DNA from: an uncultured Acidobacteriota bacterium
GTDB lineage: Bacteria > Acidobacteriota > Terriglobia > Acidiferrales > UBA7541
Direction of reading: 5' to 3'
NCBI GenBank assembly: GCA_963729285.1
Contig: CAVSNL010000031.1
Coordinates: forward strand, 12,475-76,474
Length of the DNA stretch: 64,000 bases
The translations under genes were made by a program, and so were the position numbers. Numbering within the stretch: position 1 is the stretch's first letter; each line of letters starts with the position of its first letter. Positions 19,659 through 31,073 of the stretch are shown in pieces. Under the pieces are notes generated by a model that searched no databases, was not told where the DNA came from, and was given only the letters and a program-made list of their open reading frames with translations.

Positions 19659-20231
19659 CTACTGGTTCAGCGGCAATGAGGAATATTCTTCTTGCCGAAG
19701 GGATCGAGGCCGTGTGATTCGCGCGATTATCAGCAGGATCACGAAACTTCCTGCGCAGACTTTCAGTAGTTTTACATTGTTCGGCGTTCGCGGTCCGCCG
19801 CGCGGCATGTCGGTCGCTACGAGCACTGCTTTCGTGTGGTGGGCGGGATCGTAGTGCACGACGATGGGTGTTCCTCGAGGATGCTCCGCGACCCAGTCTT
19901 CGAGCGGGCCAATCTGGTTGGGCGGGTATTGCCAGACTGCGCGCGAAGGAGCATTCACCGAATCGACGGTCGCCGTGTTTTGTTCAGCGCCTACCTCGTA
20001 GATGAGGCGGCAACGGATGTAATACATTTCTCGCTCGCCGGTGGGGGTTTCATCCAGGCCGCATGTGTCCACACGCGCCGTTACTTGCGGCCATTGCGAT
20101 TCGGCGTGCTCCGTCCAAGCTACTGCTGCCGTCACTACCGCCGCGAAGATCGTGCATAGTCCGGAAAAGAGGACCATCACCATCAATATCAGCCGCATCC
20201 AGTGAGGTTTTGGTGGCGTTTCTGTGGTCAT
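19659..20231 (-). CDS. DUF3592-like membrane protein
   Basis: TM-WPQVTARV...YEVG...IVVHYDPAHHTKAVL-TM architecture. Confidence 0.75.
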   Translation of the reverse strand: MTTETPPKPHWMRLILMVMVLFSGLCTIFAAVVTAAVAWTEHAESQWPQVTARVDTCGLDETPTGEREMYYIRCRLIYEVGAEQNTATVDSVNAPSRAVWQYPPNQIGPLEDWVAEHPRGTPIVVHYDPAHHTKAVLVATDMPRGGPRTPNNVKLLKVCAGSFVILLIIARITRPRSLRQEEYSSLPLNQ

Positions 20232-20397
20232 TTCTGGTCCTACTAAAACTGCATCCAGGATGCATGTGGCTTTTAACCTGGTGCAAGGCTTCTGGATTTG
20301 ACGATGCTGATTGATTACCTGCGGTGCAAGGGTGCGAAACATATGCGGGTTTCGTTAACACCATAAAGGAGCCGAAAGACGTCATGCGCGAAGGGCG

Positions 20398-20640
20398 CGT
20401 GGGCACGCGGCCGCGACAGCAAACAGAACACGGCAACCGGGTCTTTAGCGCAGGGCACGCGCAAGGGAGAGACAGTGTGACGTGAAGAGGGGCAGGTGCG
20501 CAATCGAAGAGAGATTCCTCCACTACGCAGACCGACGCGTTCGCAGGAAGCGAACGCGGAAGAAAAAAGTCGGTCTGCTCCGGTCGGAATGACGGTGCGG
20601 GCAGCGTTTGGAGTTGCGGGTTGCAGTGTGCTCGGTCGGA
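20398..20640. repeat. Direct repeat copy 2
   Basis: See 19275-19523. Confidence 0.9.
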
Positions 20641-20806
20641 ATGACGGTGCAGGCAGCGTTTGGTGTTGCGGGGTGCGGTGTGCTCGGTTCGGAATGACGG
20701 TGCGGGCGGCGTTGGAGTTGCGGGTTGCGGTGTGTCGGTCGGAATGACGGTGCGGGCGGCGTTTGGCGTTGCGGGGTGTGGTGTGCTCCGGTCGGAATGA
20801 CGGTGC
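20581..20806. repeat. Tandem array of ~52-bp units (5 GGAATGACGGTGC cores)
   Basis: Cores at 20586, 20638, 20691, 20741 and 20794 (periods 52, 53, 50, 53). Intervening sequences are near-identical. Confidence 0.9.
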
Positions 20807-20850
20807 GCAGCGAATGCTCAAGGCGCTCATGGTTGACGGCTGGGCGTTTG

Positions 20851-20875
20851 GGGCGCAGCAGTGCTGCGCCCGTAC
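20851..20875. repeat. REP-like palindrome
   Basis: GGGCGCAGCA-G-TGCTGCGCCC followed by GTAC. Confidence 0.65.
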
Positions 20876-20971
20876 AGGGAAAGGGAAATGAGCGGCGATG
20901 GTTTGGTGTTAGCGGCGGTGGAGCCGGCTACGGAGTTGGCTGGAGTTTGGTGGCGGCTACGGAGTGTTGTG

Positions 20972-22393
20972 TTATGGCGGAGGTCGTCGTAACGGTTCGG
21001 CTAGGTCGAGCAGCGTTGGGCTTAGTGGGGGAGATAGTCTTCCCAGCACAGGACGCCGGAGCGGAGGGGGAATTCGGGGTAGGTGTGGCGGACGGCGTCT
21101 TCGAGGATCGTGCCCATGCGGGCCATCACCTTCAGGTTGCGGATTACTGTGCGGCCGATGCCTTCGCGGACGGTTTCGGCTTCGCGATACCAGGGTTTCC
21201 ATGACTTGCAGGAGTTTGGTCTCGAGGTCGGGGTCTTCGACGGTCAGGAAGAGATGTTCGTGGCCGCGTTCGCGCATCAGGTTGCGGATGCGTTCGTCCA
21301 TGGTGACGCCTGCGGAGGCGACCAGGCTGGGCATGCAGGTGACGATGCCGTGATAGCGGGACGAGACCATGTAGGAACCCGCGCGGAGGATCGAGACGAG
21401 TTCGAACATGTTGTAGTCGTCGGACGTGAAAATCGGCGTGCCAGGAAGAAACTCCAACATGGAGCGGCAGGCGACGGCGTCCAGGCGCTCCATCGCTACG
21501 AGAATGGGAAACACGCGATGACGCTGACAGAAGGCGGCGGCGGCTTTGCCGAATCCGGAAATGTAGTGGCGATATTTGCGGTCGACTTCGGGACCTGATT
21601 CGTGGAAGTAGACGGTTCGGTACTGGCTGTCTTTGTAGGCGCCGGTGGTCACCCGGGCGATGTATTTGGCTATGGACGCTTTCACGGGCCAGACGAACGG
21701 ATGGATGGGACACAGCACGAGGACCGGTGTCTTTTCGTCCCAGCCCGCTTCGCGCAGAACTTTGCGGGCGTATTCGGGCGGGTTGGGCTCGAAGGTCCAG
21801 GCGGTGTCGGTGCCGAGTTCGGTGGGAATGCCGAGCTTGCGGAGGAGCGTTTGCGATTCGACGTTGCGGGTGATGACCAGCGAATCGTGAACATAGCGCG
21901 CGCACATGTCTTGGATCAGGCGGTCCATGTGCCCAGCCTCGCCGCCGTAACCCAGGGAGAGCTTGTTCTCCGCGGAAGCCAGGCCTAGCGAACCGATCAT
22001 CATCGTGGTCAGCGCGTTGGCGAATTTGCTCTTGAACATCGAGCCTTCGCAGGCGATCACGCCGTGATTTTGTTGCACTTCGCGGAACAGGAACGGCGGG
22101 AAAACGTCGGGCAGATGGACCTGGCGCGTGCCTTCGAAATACCCTGCCGAACGTTTGAAATCCTGTGACATCACGCTGAAGTCGACGTTATCCGCGCCGA
22201 GGACGTGGCGGACCTGGCGGAGCATTTCCTGGACGCGCACGTCGGAGCCGGTGTTGCGCGTACCGTTGTAGCCTGCGAAGAGGAGGCGAAGTTTTTCGCC
22301 GGGTGTCCAGCGGCGGCCGAGACCGAACATCCAGGCGAAGCGGCGGATTTCGATGAGCGCGCTGACCCAGGTGACCAGCAGGAAGTCGGTCAT
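20972..22393 (-). CDS. Polysaccharide pyruvyl transferase (WcaK/CsaB-like) family protein, C-terminal frameshifts
   Basis: [24 protein letters not shown] and SSRYHG motifs. ATGA overlap with the upstream SDR. Confidence 0.8.
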   Translation of the reverse strand: MTDFLLVTWVSALIEIRRFAWMFGLGRRWTPGEKLRLLFAGYNGTRNTGSDVRVQEMLRQVRHVLGADNVDFSVMSQDFKRSAGYFEGTRQVHLPDVFPPFLFREVQQNHGVIACEGSMFKSKFANALTTMMIGSLGLASAENKLSLGYGGEAGHMDRLIQDMCARYVHDSLVITRNVESQTLLRKLGIPTELGTDTAWTFEPNPPEYARKVLREAGWDEKTPVLVLCPIHPFVWPVKASIAKYIARVTTGAYKDSQYRTVYFHESGPEVDRKYRHYISGFGKAAAAFCQRHRVFPILVAMERLDAVACRSMLEFLPGTPIFTSDDYNMFELVSILRAGSYMVSSRYHGIVTCMPSLVASAGVTMDERIRNLMRERGHEHLFLTVEDPDLETKLLQVMETLVSRSRNRPRRHRPHSNPQPEGDGPHGHDPRRRRPPHLPRIPPPLRRPVLGRLSPPLSPTLLDLAEPLRRPPP

Positions 22394-23550
22394 GCGTGGG
22401 CGCTCCCCGCGACGATGGATGGCTGCGCGACCGGCGCGGACGAGGGCCACGGCTTCGCTGGATAGTGGAATTTGTTTTCGCGGCTGAATTTTAGAAGCGG
22501 ATAGGCGTAGGAGGAAAACTTCGCTGGGGATTCCGCGAGTTCCGCTACGACGCGCGAGTTGTCGAAAACCGTGTTCCAGTCGAGATAGGGCCAGAAAACT
22601 TTGAGAAGCGAGGCGCCGCGCCCGACCGAGCCGCTGCCGTGGGCCAGGCGATCCACCGTGGCGGAGAACGGTTTGCCCAACGACGGCACGAAAGCGGGGC
22701 GATGACCGCCGCCAGCAGTGGCGAGCGCGGTGGTGATTTCGCGATAGGTCTGCGAGCCTTCGCCGGACGACAGATGATAGATGCCATGCGCGGGCGCGGG
22801 CTTCTGATGAATGGTGACGATGGCTTTGGCGACGTAGTTCGCGGGCACGATGTCGATTCTATCGTCGGGACGCAGAGGAAGGACAGGGAGGCGAGCCAGG
22901 ACGTCGAAGGCTTGCACCATGTCGAATTGAGAGGTTTCTTTGCGGCGGCTGTCGCCCATTACGATCGCGGGACGGAAGATGGTGCGCGGCACGTCGGGCA
23001 ACAGTTGGTGCACCATGTGCTCGCCGAATTTCTTGGTGCGTGCGTAGGGATCGTAGTCGGAGCGGGCCCAGTCGATCGAGGCGTCTTCGGTGACGACTTC
23101 GTTTTGGCGCTTGCCGGCTACGGCGACGGTGGATACGTGCGAATAGCGCAGGAGGCCGTTGCGATTTTGCGCGCGGCGGGCTAGTTGGATTACTTCCAGG
23201 CCGCCGCGGAGATTGACGTTGAGGCACTGCTTTTCGGATTTGCGGTTCAGAGAGGCGGCGCAATGAATCAGCGAGCTGGTGGTGTCGACCAGCGTGTGAT
23301 AGTCGTCGTCGGAGAGCCCGAAGCGATCGGTCGTGAGCTCGCCGCGAAATATAGTGATGCGGGAGTTGAGATAGTCGAGAAATTCGGGGAAAGCGAGATG
23401 GAGTTGCAGTGATTGCCAGAGGCGCTCGCGCGCTTCCTGGGTAGATTTTGCGCGAACCAAAAGATTAAGCGGGTCGTGGTGTTCGGTCAGCAGGCCCGCT
23501 ACGAGGTAGCTGCCCAAGTAGCCGGTGCCGCCGGTTACGAAGATCGCCAT
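22390..23550 (-). CDS. Extended SDR, thioester-reductase/male-sterility type
   Basis: [23 protein letters not shown] and [10 protein letters not shown] motifs. Confidence 0.9.
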   Translation of the reverse strand: MAIFVTGGTGYLGSYLVAGLLTEHHDPLNLLVRAKSTQEARERLWQSLQLHLAFPEFLDYLNSRITIFRGELTTDRFGLSDDDYHTLVDTTSSLIHCAASLNRKSEKQCLNVNLRGGLEVIQLARRAQNRNGLLRYSHVSTVAVAGKRQNEVVTEDASIDWARSDYDPYARTKKFGEHMVHQLLPDVPRTIFRPAIVMGDSRRKETSQFDMVQAFDVLARLPVLPLRPDDRIDIVPANYVAKAIVTIHQKPAPAHGIYHLSSGEGSQTYREITTALATAGGGHRPAFVPSLGKPFSATVDRLAHGSGSVGRGASLLKVFWPYLDWNTVFDNSRVVAELAESPAKFSSYAYPLLKFSRENKFHYPAKPWPSSAPVAQPSIVAGSAHA

Positions 23551-25937
23551 AGCGGGTCAGACGGCGGCGCAGAGCTGGGAACGGCCTGGGCGCGCGCGGC
23601 TTGCGTGGACCAATCGAGCTGGCGAGGCGTGCGGGATTCGAGCGGGCGGCCCTCCATCAGCGGATAGCACCAGCGGCGTAACGCGGGAATGTGAATGTTG
23701 ATCCAGTAGTTCCACCAGTCGATCGATTCGGGGTCGAATTCGAACAGAGGGCGCTCTTCCGGCGGGAGCGCGGCGGAGAGCAGGCGGGCATTTTCGCACT
23801 CGAACACATGCTCGTTGTGGAGGATGAACGGCTCGTAGAGTTCGATGAGCTTTTCGGCGCGTCCAAGATCGCGCTCCTGCTTAGCCAGCGGAGCTTTTTT
23901 CATATGCAGGGTGACGGCGGCGCGGTTGATGCGGGAGACCACCGCCTTTTGCATGGGGATTGAGAGGCGCTCGTAGCGCTGCTTGGAGACGGGGATGGTC
24001 TCGAATTTCAGCTTGAACCAGTGCTCGAGGCCGGGCTGGCGGCGGTAATACTTGCGATGGGCTAAGCCGGTCAGTTCAATGCTGCGGCCCATGTTCACCG
24101 GATTGATGGCTGAGGTTGCGAGCTGATACATCCTCGCGTTCTTTCGCGCGATTACGGCGGCGGCGATCAAGGTCATGCCACGGCAAGCCATGTCCACTGG
24201 AATTACATCGAGACACTTTCGTTCGTTCGTCGGGAGCTGGCGAAAATTCGTGCCCAGCAGATAGGAGAGCGGGCCGGAGGTGTTGATGCCTTCATTCCAG
24301 CCGGCGAAGGGAGAACGCGTGGAGCTTTCCACGATGGACGGGCGAACGATGGCGATCGGCAGATCGCGTCCACGGCGCGAAAGCATCGATTCACCGAGAC
24401 TCTTCGTGAAGGTGTAGATGTTCGGCCAGCCGAGGTGCTTCGCGCGGCGCATTCCGGCGCGCACCAGTCGATTGCGCGACCAGCGGACGCGATTGCGTTT
24501 CAGCACGCCGTCCAACTCAGTTGCGGGCACGGCAGAGGGATCTCCGCCGCGGCCCAGGGCCTGACGGCGAAGTGCTTTGGTCAGCTCCGGGCTTTCGGAT
24601 CGTTGTTCGACGCGCTGAATCATCTCGCGCAGGGAATCGATCTCGCGGTCGGCGTCGAAATCGGGATCGTTGGCGGGATTGTAATTATCGTGGAGTTCTT
24701 CATCGACGCGGCCGTCGCGCATGCCGACGACGTAGCAGGTGGAGAGATGCATCAAACCGGCGTGATCGCACTTGCGGAGAAAGTCGAGCAGGTACAGTGT
24801 GGAATCGACGTTGGAAGCCATCGCATCGCGAAGATCGGGGTTGAAGTCGGTGAGGCCCGCGCTATTGACGATGAGGTCGAGCGATTTGGCAAGGCGCGCT
24901 TGCGTGGTCGCGTCCATCCCGAGACCCGGGCGGCTGACGTCGCCCTCCACTACTTCTATTTTCTCTTTCAGAAATTGGCCGAGGCGGCGGCCGTAGCGTT
25001 CCTGCAGGCCATCGAAGGTCGGCGATTCCTCGACGATTTTTTCGAAACGGCGTTGCGCGGAGGTGGTGCGATTGCGGCGAATCAGCAGCGTGATCTTGCC
25101 GACGTTGGAGACATTTTCGAGCAGATCGACGAGCCAGACTTTGCCGATGAAGCCGGTCACGCCGACCAGCAAGATGTGGCGATTCGCGAGTGTTTCGCGA
25201 ACTGAAAGTCGCTCGACGCGTGGGACGTCGCCCAGCGCGGCTACCGCCCGGCCGGTAACAATCGCCGGATGCGCGCTGGATTGCAGTGCTGATTGCAGGC
25301 GTTCTGGCGTTTTCGACCAGCCGAGCTGGCGGAGAAGTTTTTCTTTCGGGATGCGGCCGTCGAGCGAGCTGCCCGCAATCCACGCGAACGGACCGCGAGG
25401 GCGCACGATGGGGTCCAGCAACCTGCCGGTGGCGTGGCCGTCGCGAAATTCCATGCGATTGGAGATGAAAGATTCGATGCCGAAGTGGCTTGCCAGCGGG
25501 CGAAGGATATGATCGAGAAGCTGGCCCACCAGAACGACCCGTTCATCTTTACGTACGGCTTCCAGAAGCTTTTCGGTGGCCTCGGGCCGCAGCGCCGGCT
25601 TCAGTACGTAGTGGAAATACTCTTCACCCAGGAGGTCGAGCCGGTCCTGGCTGACGCCGCGCAACAGCGTGTGCAGAAAACGCGTGGCGAAGGTGCGGCT
25701 GGCGGCGTAAGCAAAGGGCCGCGACAAGGCCATGCCCGCCATCCCGGTACGGCGCGCCCAGCGTTCCGCAAAGCTCTGCGAGTTCCAGGTGAAGAATCCG
25801 ACGGGCCGCAGGGCACCGACTTCGAGAAGGGAGCCTTCCACGCGCCAATAGGTGGGGATGCGCGAGTCGTCGCGCACGCCGGAGACATGGCGCGCGGCAA
25901 CACTCGTCGAATTGGGCTGGCGATCACTCATGGGCAC
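23535..25937 (-). CDS. Fusion: degenerate HAD-IB phosphatase-like domain plus fatty acyl-CoA reductase (NAD-binding and Sterile domains)
   Basis: N-terminal WRVEGSL (in place of FDxDGTL) and [15 protein letters not shown]-terminal [39 protein letters not shown] and [11 protein letters not shown]. Confidence 0.88.
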   Translation of the reverse strand: MPMSDRQPNSTSVAARHVSGVRDDSRIPTYWRVEGSLLEVGALRPVGFFTWNSQSFAERWARRTGMAGMALSRPFAYAASRTFATRFLHTLLRGVSQDRLDLLGEEYFHYVLKPALRPEATEKLLEAVRKDERVVLVGQLLDHILRPLASHFGIESFISNRMEFRDGHATGRLLDPIVRPRGPFAWIAGSSLDGRIPKEKLLRQLGWSKTPERLQSALQSSAHPAIVTGRAVAALGDVPRVERLSVRETLANRHILLVGVTGFIGKVWLVDLLENVSNVGKITLLIRRNRTTSAQRRFEKIVEESPTFDGLQERYGRRLGQFLKEKIEVVEGDVSRPGLGMDATTQARLAKSLDLIVNSAGLTDFNPDLRDAMASNVDSTLYLLDFLRKCDHAGLMHLSTCYVVGMRDGRVDEELHDNYNPANDPDFDADREIDSLREMIQRVEQRSESPELTKALRRQALGRGGDPSAVPATELDGVLKRNRVRWSRNRLVRAGMRRAKHLGWPNIYTFTKSLGESMLSRRGRDLPIAIVRPSIVESSTRSPFAGWNEGINTSGPLSYLLGTNFRQLPTNERKCLDVIPVDMACRGMTLIAAAVIARKNARMYQLATSAINPVNMGRSIELTGLAHRKYYRRQPGLEHWFKLKFETIPVSKQRYERLSIPMQKAVVSRINRAAVTLHMKKAPLAKQERDLGRAEKLIELYEPFILHNEHVFECENARLLSAALPPEERPLFEFDPESIDWWNYWINIHIPALRRWCYPLMEGRPLESRTPRQLDWSTQAARAQAVPSSAPPSDPLWRSS

Positions 25938-26251
25938 CGCGCAGCTGATTCAAGGATGAACCAGAATGCAAAAAATTTCCTCATCGCGCGTCAGGTGATT
26001 TGGCGCACGCTTACCCTGGAAGACCTGGAACGATTTCTCAGCCACGACGCGCCTTCACACAGCGGTCTGGCACCAACCGCGGCGGGCTGTCAGCGGAAGA
26101 GAAAGTGTAAAATTAGCATTATCAGCGGGTTCCCGCAAGCAGCGGAAGAGCACCGGTTTAGATGGCACGACCCTTGGTTTTGTGCCGGGAGCCGGTTCAT
26201 ACCGAGGGACCGGCACGTAGCCTTGTCCCTCGATCATGAATGCGGGTGCGA

Positions 26252-26494
26252 TTACTTCTTTGCGGCGTTGGCGGCGGTGACCTTTGCGGCAGCGTCCGCA
26301 TACTTCTTCGTGAAGCGCTCGACGCGGCCTGCCGTATCGATCAGCTTCTGCTTGCCGGTGAAGAACGGGTGGCAATTCGAGCAGATTTCGACGCGCAACA
26401 TGTCGCCTTTGATGGTCGAGCGCGTGGGGAAAGTGTTGCCGCAGGCGCAGTGCACGGTTACTTCGTGATAGTCGGGATGAATACCGGGTTTCAT
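26252..26494 (-). CDS. rpmE: 50S ribosomal protein L31 (zinc-binding type)
   Basis: [13 protein letters not shown] and [13 protein letters not shown]...GRVERF. Confidence 0.98.
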   Translation of the reverse strand: MKPGIHPDYHEVTVHCACGNTFPTRSTIKGDMLRVEICSNCHPFFTGKQKLIDTAGRVERFTKKYADAAAKVTAANAAKK

Positions 26495-26702
26495 GGGGCT
26501 CCAGTCTGTCGCGTCCGGTCTGCACGGCTTCCCGGGTTGGGCACTACAGCCGCGTCGCTAGGTCGCGAGACAATCTTTAATTATACGCGAAGCGCCAAAT
26601 CTTTCAAAACGGGCCTTCCTTAGTGCGACGGCTGCTCCAAAACCCGCAACTTTATTTTTGCGGCTCCGTAGTTATACTCATCCGGCTCTGAGGGGAATCG
26701 CA

Positions 26703-28306
26703 ATGTCCACAAATACGACAGCCCAGGTTGCCGAAATATCGGTTCTGATCGTCGGCGCGGGCCCGACTGGTCTTACGCTCGCGTGTGAGCTGGCACGCCG
26801 TGGAGTCGATTTTCGAATTGTAGATAAAGCCCCGGCTTATTTCGCGGGGTCGCGCGGCAAAGGTTTGCAGCCGCGGAGCCTGGAAGTCTTCGACGATCTT
26901 GGCGTGGTGGAGAAGATTCTGGAGAATGGCCGGTTTCACTTGCCTTTTCGGTTCTACGACGGCACGACCGTGCTTGGCGATCACGATACGCACGAGGGTC
27001 GCCATCCGACACCCGACAATCCTTACGCCAGCGTGTTGATCATTCCGCAATGGCGCGTGGAAGAGATATTGCGCGAGCGTCTTGTGGAATCGGGCGGCAG
27101 AGTTGAATTGGCGACCGAGCTCGTCGCGCTGGAGCAGGGCGCAGAGGTCGTGACCGCTACCCTGCAAAACGCGGACCAACGCAATCAACTCCGCGCAAGG
27201 TATGTGGTAGCCGCCGACGGTGGCCGCAGCTTCGTGCGCAGGCATCTGAACGTCGGCTTTGAAGGTGAGACCTGGAAGGACGAGCGCATGCTGGTCGGCG
27301 ATGTCCACGTGGATGGGCTGGATCGCGACCACTGGCACTCATGGCTGAAGCACAAGAGTGGCGGAGTCGCTCTTTGTCCGCTGCCATCGACGGATACATT
27401 CCAGTTCCAAGCACAAGTTCCGCCCGACATGGAGACGAGCCCACGCTAGAACTGTTTCAGAGCATCGTCGACGAGCGTACCGGACGGAGCGACCTGAAGC
27501 TTTACGATCCGACCTGGCTGTCGCTTTATCGAGTGAACGTAAGAATGGTGGATCAATATCGCATCGGGCGGATCTTTCTGGCTGGCGACGCGGCACACGT
27601 GCACTCCCCTGCCGGCGGGCAGGGCATGAACACTGGCATTCAGGACGCCTACAACCTTGGATGGAAGTTAAGCGCCGTCTTGCATGGTGCGGACGGGTCG
27701 CTCCTCGATACTTATGAGGAGGAGCGGCTTCCGATCGCGGCTTCGATGCTTGGGATCACCACACGATTGCACCGGCAGGCTGCGGTCGATGATTCGCAAG
27801 CGATAAAGCGCGGTCCCGAGACATTGCAATTGGGATTGAGCTATCGTCAGTGCTCCTTGAGCCAGCAACAAGACCCGCCGGCAACGCCGTTGTGTGCGGG
27901 AGATCGCGCTCCCGATGCGCCATTACGCGACGCGATGGGGCGCGATGTCCGCCTCTTTGACGTTTTCCGAGGCCCCCGGTTCACATTGCTGAGCTTTAGT
28001 GTGCATGATCGGGAAGGGCTGGAAAAAGTGACCAGGAAATATGAACGCGAACTTCGGACCTACACCGTGGATCGCGACGCGCCGGACAGGTCCGCGTCGG
28101 ATACGGCGCTGTTCGACGTTCACGGCCACGCATCCAGCTCCTACGGCGGCGAGAACGACGCCTTATTTCTGATCCGGCCCGACGGGTATGTGGGATTTAT
28201 CGGAAGCGACAAGTCGATTGGCGCGGTCGATGCCTATCTGGAACGCATTCACGGTCGCGAGCAGACCGCGGGGCAAGACGTGAGATTTCGATCGTCTCCT
28301 GCCTAA
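26703..28306 (+). CDS. FAD-dependent aromatic monooxygenase (PheA/TfdB family), frameshift near 27437
   Basis: IVGAGPTG, ADGGRSFVR, LAGDAAHVHSPAGGQGMNTG and LIRPDGYVG, across two ORFs. Confidence 0.9.
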
Positions 28307-28815
28307 TCTCCCACTTGCGGGAAATGCCAGCGCGTGGCGGATTCGACGTAGTTCGCGGCGTGTTCGTCCTGGCCGAAGGCTAGTTGCGGTTCGACGCAAA
28401 AGATGCAGCCCCCGGAGGATTCAAGTAGCGGAAGGAGGTTGCCGCCGTATTTTCGATCGTAGATTTCCGCCATCTGCTTCCACGCCGAGCGATCTTTGAT
28501 CTCTTGCACGGTGCCCTCGAAGATGACAGCTTCATCCGCTTTTTCAGTGGCAATGACGCAGTAAGGTTTCGATTCGATGTTCTTTGCTTTCCGGGTATGC
28601 GGGCCGGTGCTGAACCAGAAGGCGTTTTCCCACCAGATGCCCCAGACCACCATCAGATGTGGGCGTCCGTCCGGACGCGCGGTGGAGATCCAATAGTTGT
28701 GAGATTTCTCGAGACGCTCGAGAGCCCATGACCATGGCTTTAGGCCCGATGTGGCGTCGGGCGGATTTTGTAGCGCGTCGGGCCAATAGGGGCGGCTTGC
28801 TCGCGGTTCGGTCAT
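28303..28815 (-). CDS. Pyridoxamine 5'-phosphate oxidase-like FMN/F420-binding protein
   Basis: YWISTARPDGRPH...VWGIW...TRKAKNI. Confidence 0.88.
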   Translation of the reverse strand: MTEPRASRPYWPDALQNPPDATSGLKPWSWALERLEKSHNYWISTARPDGRPHLMVVWGIWWENAFWFSTGPHTRKAKNIESKPYCVIATEKADEAVIFEGTVQEIKDRSAWKQMAEIYDRKYGGNLLPLLESSGGCIFCVEPQLAFGQDEHAANYVESATRWHFPQVGD

Positions 28816-28947
28816 ACCGGCTCCGTTCGAAAGTTTATTATTCGCCTGAATTTTAGCAAGTCTTAGGACGGAGGTTTGCGACTATCCGCGACACTCCGAA
28901 TGTGCCTGAATGTCTTGACGGTTACATTTCGCGGCGAGACGCTTGCG

Positions 28948-28994
28948 GCCGGGCGGGCCCTTCGTGGCTCAGGATGAACAAGCCCCGCCCCTAC
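28948..28994. repeat. REP-like element, copy of 11513-11560
   Basis: GCCGGGCGGGCCCTTCG..GCTCAGGATGAACAAGCCCCGCCCCTAC. Confidence 0.8.
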
Positions 28995-29061
28995 AAGTGA
29001 GTTGGGGCTTCAGATCGCAAAATGGTCTGCAAATGACGTTCTTAAGGAACTAGCGCGAAGT

Positions 29062-30393
29062 TTAAGAAACGAAGGCGCAGCCGATGCGATAAGCGCCCTG
29101 CTTGGTTTGTTGTTTCCAGACAGGCTTCAAACTCACGCGCACGGGCGGAAGAATGGGAACATGCAGGATGGCCAGGATGTTGTCCGGAAGGTTCTCTGGT
29201 TTGTCGAGTTCAATGGCAACGCCGCCAAAGCCGAGATCAATGACGCGAGCCCGACGCGTGTTTTGGTCGCCCAGCATGGCGTACGCGTTCGTTCCGGTCA
29301 TCGAGACGCGTTCCGCTTTGCGCTGCATGGCGTAGACGTGTTGCGAAGGCGGAGGCGCCGGCTGGCTCGACGAAATTTCCGCGGCGCTGGCTGAGGCGGC
29401 GGCCGCCATCGTGGATTCCGGCTTTTCTGGTGTGCGGCGAGATTCGATCGAAATAGGCTTCGTAGCGGTCCCGTTGCGTTCGGTCGGCGGGGCTGGTGGA
29501 GCGGCAGGCTCCCTGGGCGCCGCCGTAGCAGTTGTCGCAGTGGGCCCGAGGGCTGGAGATGGGGCAGCGACCGGCTTCGTTCCGCCGTTGCCGAGCTTGC
29601 GATGATTCGCATGCTTCAGGCGATAGAGGCGTTCGTCGGCAACGCGAATTAACTGGTCCGCCTGTTCGCCGTCTTGCGGGAACGTGGCCACACCGTGATC
29701 CATGTTCACGTTGACGCTGAGCGGCAACGATTGCAACGTTTCGGCAAAAACGGTTTCGATACGCCGGCTGAGCGCGAGAGCCTGCTCGGCGTCGGTCTGC
29801 GGCAGCAGCACGGCGAATTCATCGCCACCGATGCGGAAAGCGGAGTCCGATGTACGTAGCGCCTTTTTCAGCGTCGCCGCAGCAGCGCGCAGTACCTCGT
29901 CACCTGCTGGATGGCCGTGCTTATCGTTCACTTCCTTGAAGCGATGCAGATCCAGCATCACCAGGCCCAGCGGCAATCCGTAACGGCGGGCGCGATTGAG
30001 CTCCTTTTCGAATCCCTCGCCGAAAAGGCGACGATTATAGAGTCCCGTGAGCGGATCGGTGACCGCATTCACTTGCAGGACTTTGAGCTCGTCGTACTCG
30101 AGAATAATGGGAACGCGAAACAATCCCGCCGATGTAAGCACGTCCATCAGCGCGGTCTTGAGCGCCACTTGCCGGCCGAGATGATCCGTGAGTTCGCGCC
30201 GGCGCGTCAGCGTCTCGTCCCAGAGCTGAATGCACTGGCTATCGCGCAGGTCGAGATGGGTAATCGCGCGAATATATCGCTGTAGAAATTGTCCGCGTGC
30301 GGAGACGTCAAGGCCATCGAGCGTGTCGGCCAGGAGTTCGAGGTACGAATCCTCGATTGGCAAACGGGGGGGTGCGCCGCCAGGATTGGGCAT
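29062..30393 (-). CDS. Diguanylate cyclase (GGDEF) with C-terminal PilZ domain
   Basis: TDPLTGLYNRR, RTSD I-site, GGDEF, Pro/Ala linker, then QRKAER...DLGFGG PilZ. Confidence 0.92.
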   Translation of the reverse strand: MPNPGGAPPRLPIEDSYLELLADTLDGLDVSARGQFLQRYIRAITHLDLRDSQCIQLWDETLTRRRELTDHLGRQVALKTALMDVLTSAGLFRVPIILEYDELKVLQVNAVTDPLTGLYNRRLFGEGFEKELNRARRYGLPLGLVMLDLHRFKEVNDKHGHPAGDEVLRAAAATLKKALRTSDSAFRIGGDEFAVLLPQTDAEQALALSRRIETVFAETLQSLPLSVNVNMDHGVATFPQDGEQADQLIRVADERLYRLKHANHRKLGNGGTKPVAAPSPALGPTATTATAAPREPAAPPAPPTERNGTATKPISIESRRTPEKPESTMAAAASASAAEISSSQPAPPPSQHVYAMQRKAERVSMTGTNAYAMLGDQNTRRARVIDLGFGGVAIELDKPENLPDNILAILHVPILPPVRVSLKPVWKQQTKQGAYRIGCAFVS

Positions 30394-30461
30394 ACGAGAT
30401 AGACACCTAAACTGCCTGCCCCCGCGGGTTGGGGAGTGAAACAGTTTGCTTGTACACCGGG

Positions 30462-30477
30462 AGCAAGTTGGAGTCCA
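30462..30477 (-). promoter_or_regulatory. Candidate sigma-54 promoter for the GGDEF-PilZ gene
   Basis: Minus strand TGGACTCCAACTTGCT = GG-N10-GC with TTGC. Confidence 0.55.
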
Positions 30478-30656
30478 TCCGTAATTCGGCTTAGGAGAGC
30501 GTTGGAGCAATGGAGGCAATCTTACTTCCACCCTATCAAATTGAAATTAAAGCGGATAGTGGCAAAACCTGGCCCACCATAGCTCTCAAATAGCGCACAG
30601 GGCCAGACCCCTAGACGGGCCGTGCAGCCGACCGGGAGCCGAGAAACGGCATAAAT

Positions 30657-31001
30657 TTACTCAAGAGGTCTGAGAAATTCCAGTCCGAACAGCCGCATAT
30701 CCCCGACGACGTCCTGGCGCAATACTTTCGCCGCGATCGGAGGGGTTTCGGTTGGCACGAGGCTTGAAGAAGCGGGGGACGGGGCCGGCACAGTCAAATA
30801 AACGACTTGATCGATCCTGAGCATATGAGTGGAAGTGATACAGGCCCCGGCAGAGCCAATATTCAGCGTTTTGGTCAGCTCTATGAATTCGACGCCGGAA
30901 GAATCCGATCCACGCAAAAAGACCGGAACCTGGAGACGAATTCGGGGCGAACGGCGCCGTTGAGAGTGATCCAAGTGCTGCCCTTCCTTCAGACTGTCCA
31001 T
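30657..31001 (-). CDS. Stand-alone PilZ domain protein
   Basis: QRRRSPR...NIGSAG...FGLEF. Confidence 0.85.
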   Translation of the reverse strand: MDSLKEGQHLDHSQRRRSPRIRLQVPVFLRGSDSSGVEFIELTKTLNIGSAGACITSTHMLRIDQVVYLTVPAPSPASSSLVPTETPPIAAKVLRQDVVGDMRLFGLEFLRPLE

Positions 31002-31056
31002 TCTCACTCGGCTGGCCCCTAGTACTCGCGAACTAGTACGACAATACCGAAAAGTA

Positions 31057-31073
31057 AGCAGATTCGATGCCAG
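31057..31073 (-). promoter_or_regulatory. Candidate sigma-54 promoter for the PilZ gene
   Basis: Minus strand CTGGCATCGAATCTGCT = TGGCA...GG-N10-GC. Confidence 0.6.

Noticed and set aside
20581-20806. CRISPR array
   Set aside because: Sequences between repeat cores are near-identical rather than unique spacers, and there are no cas genes in the window.
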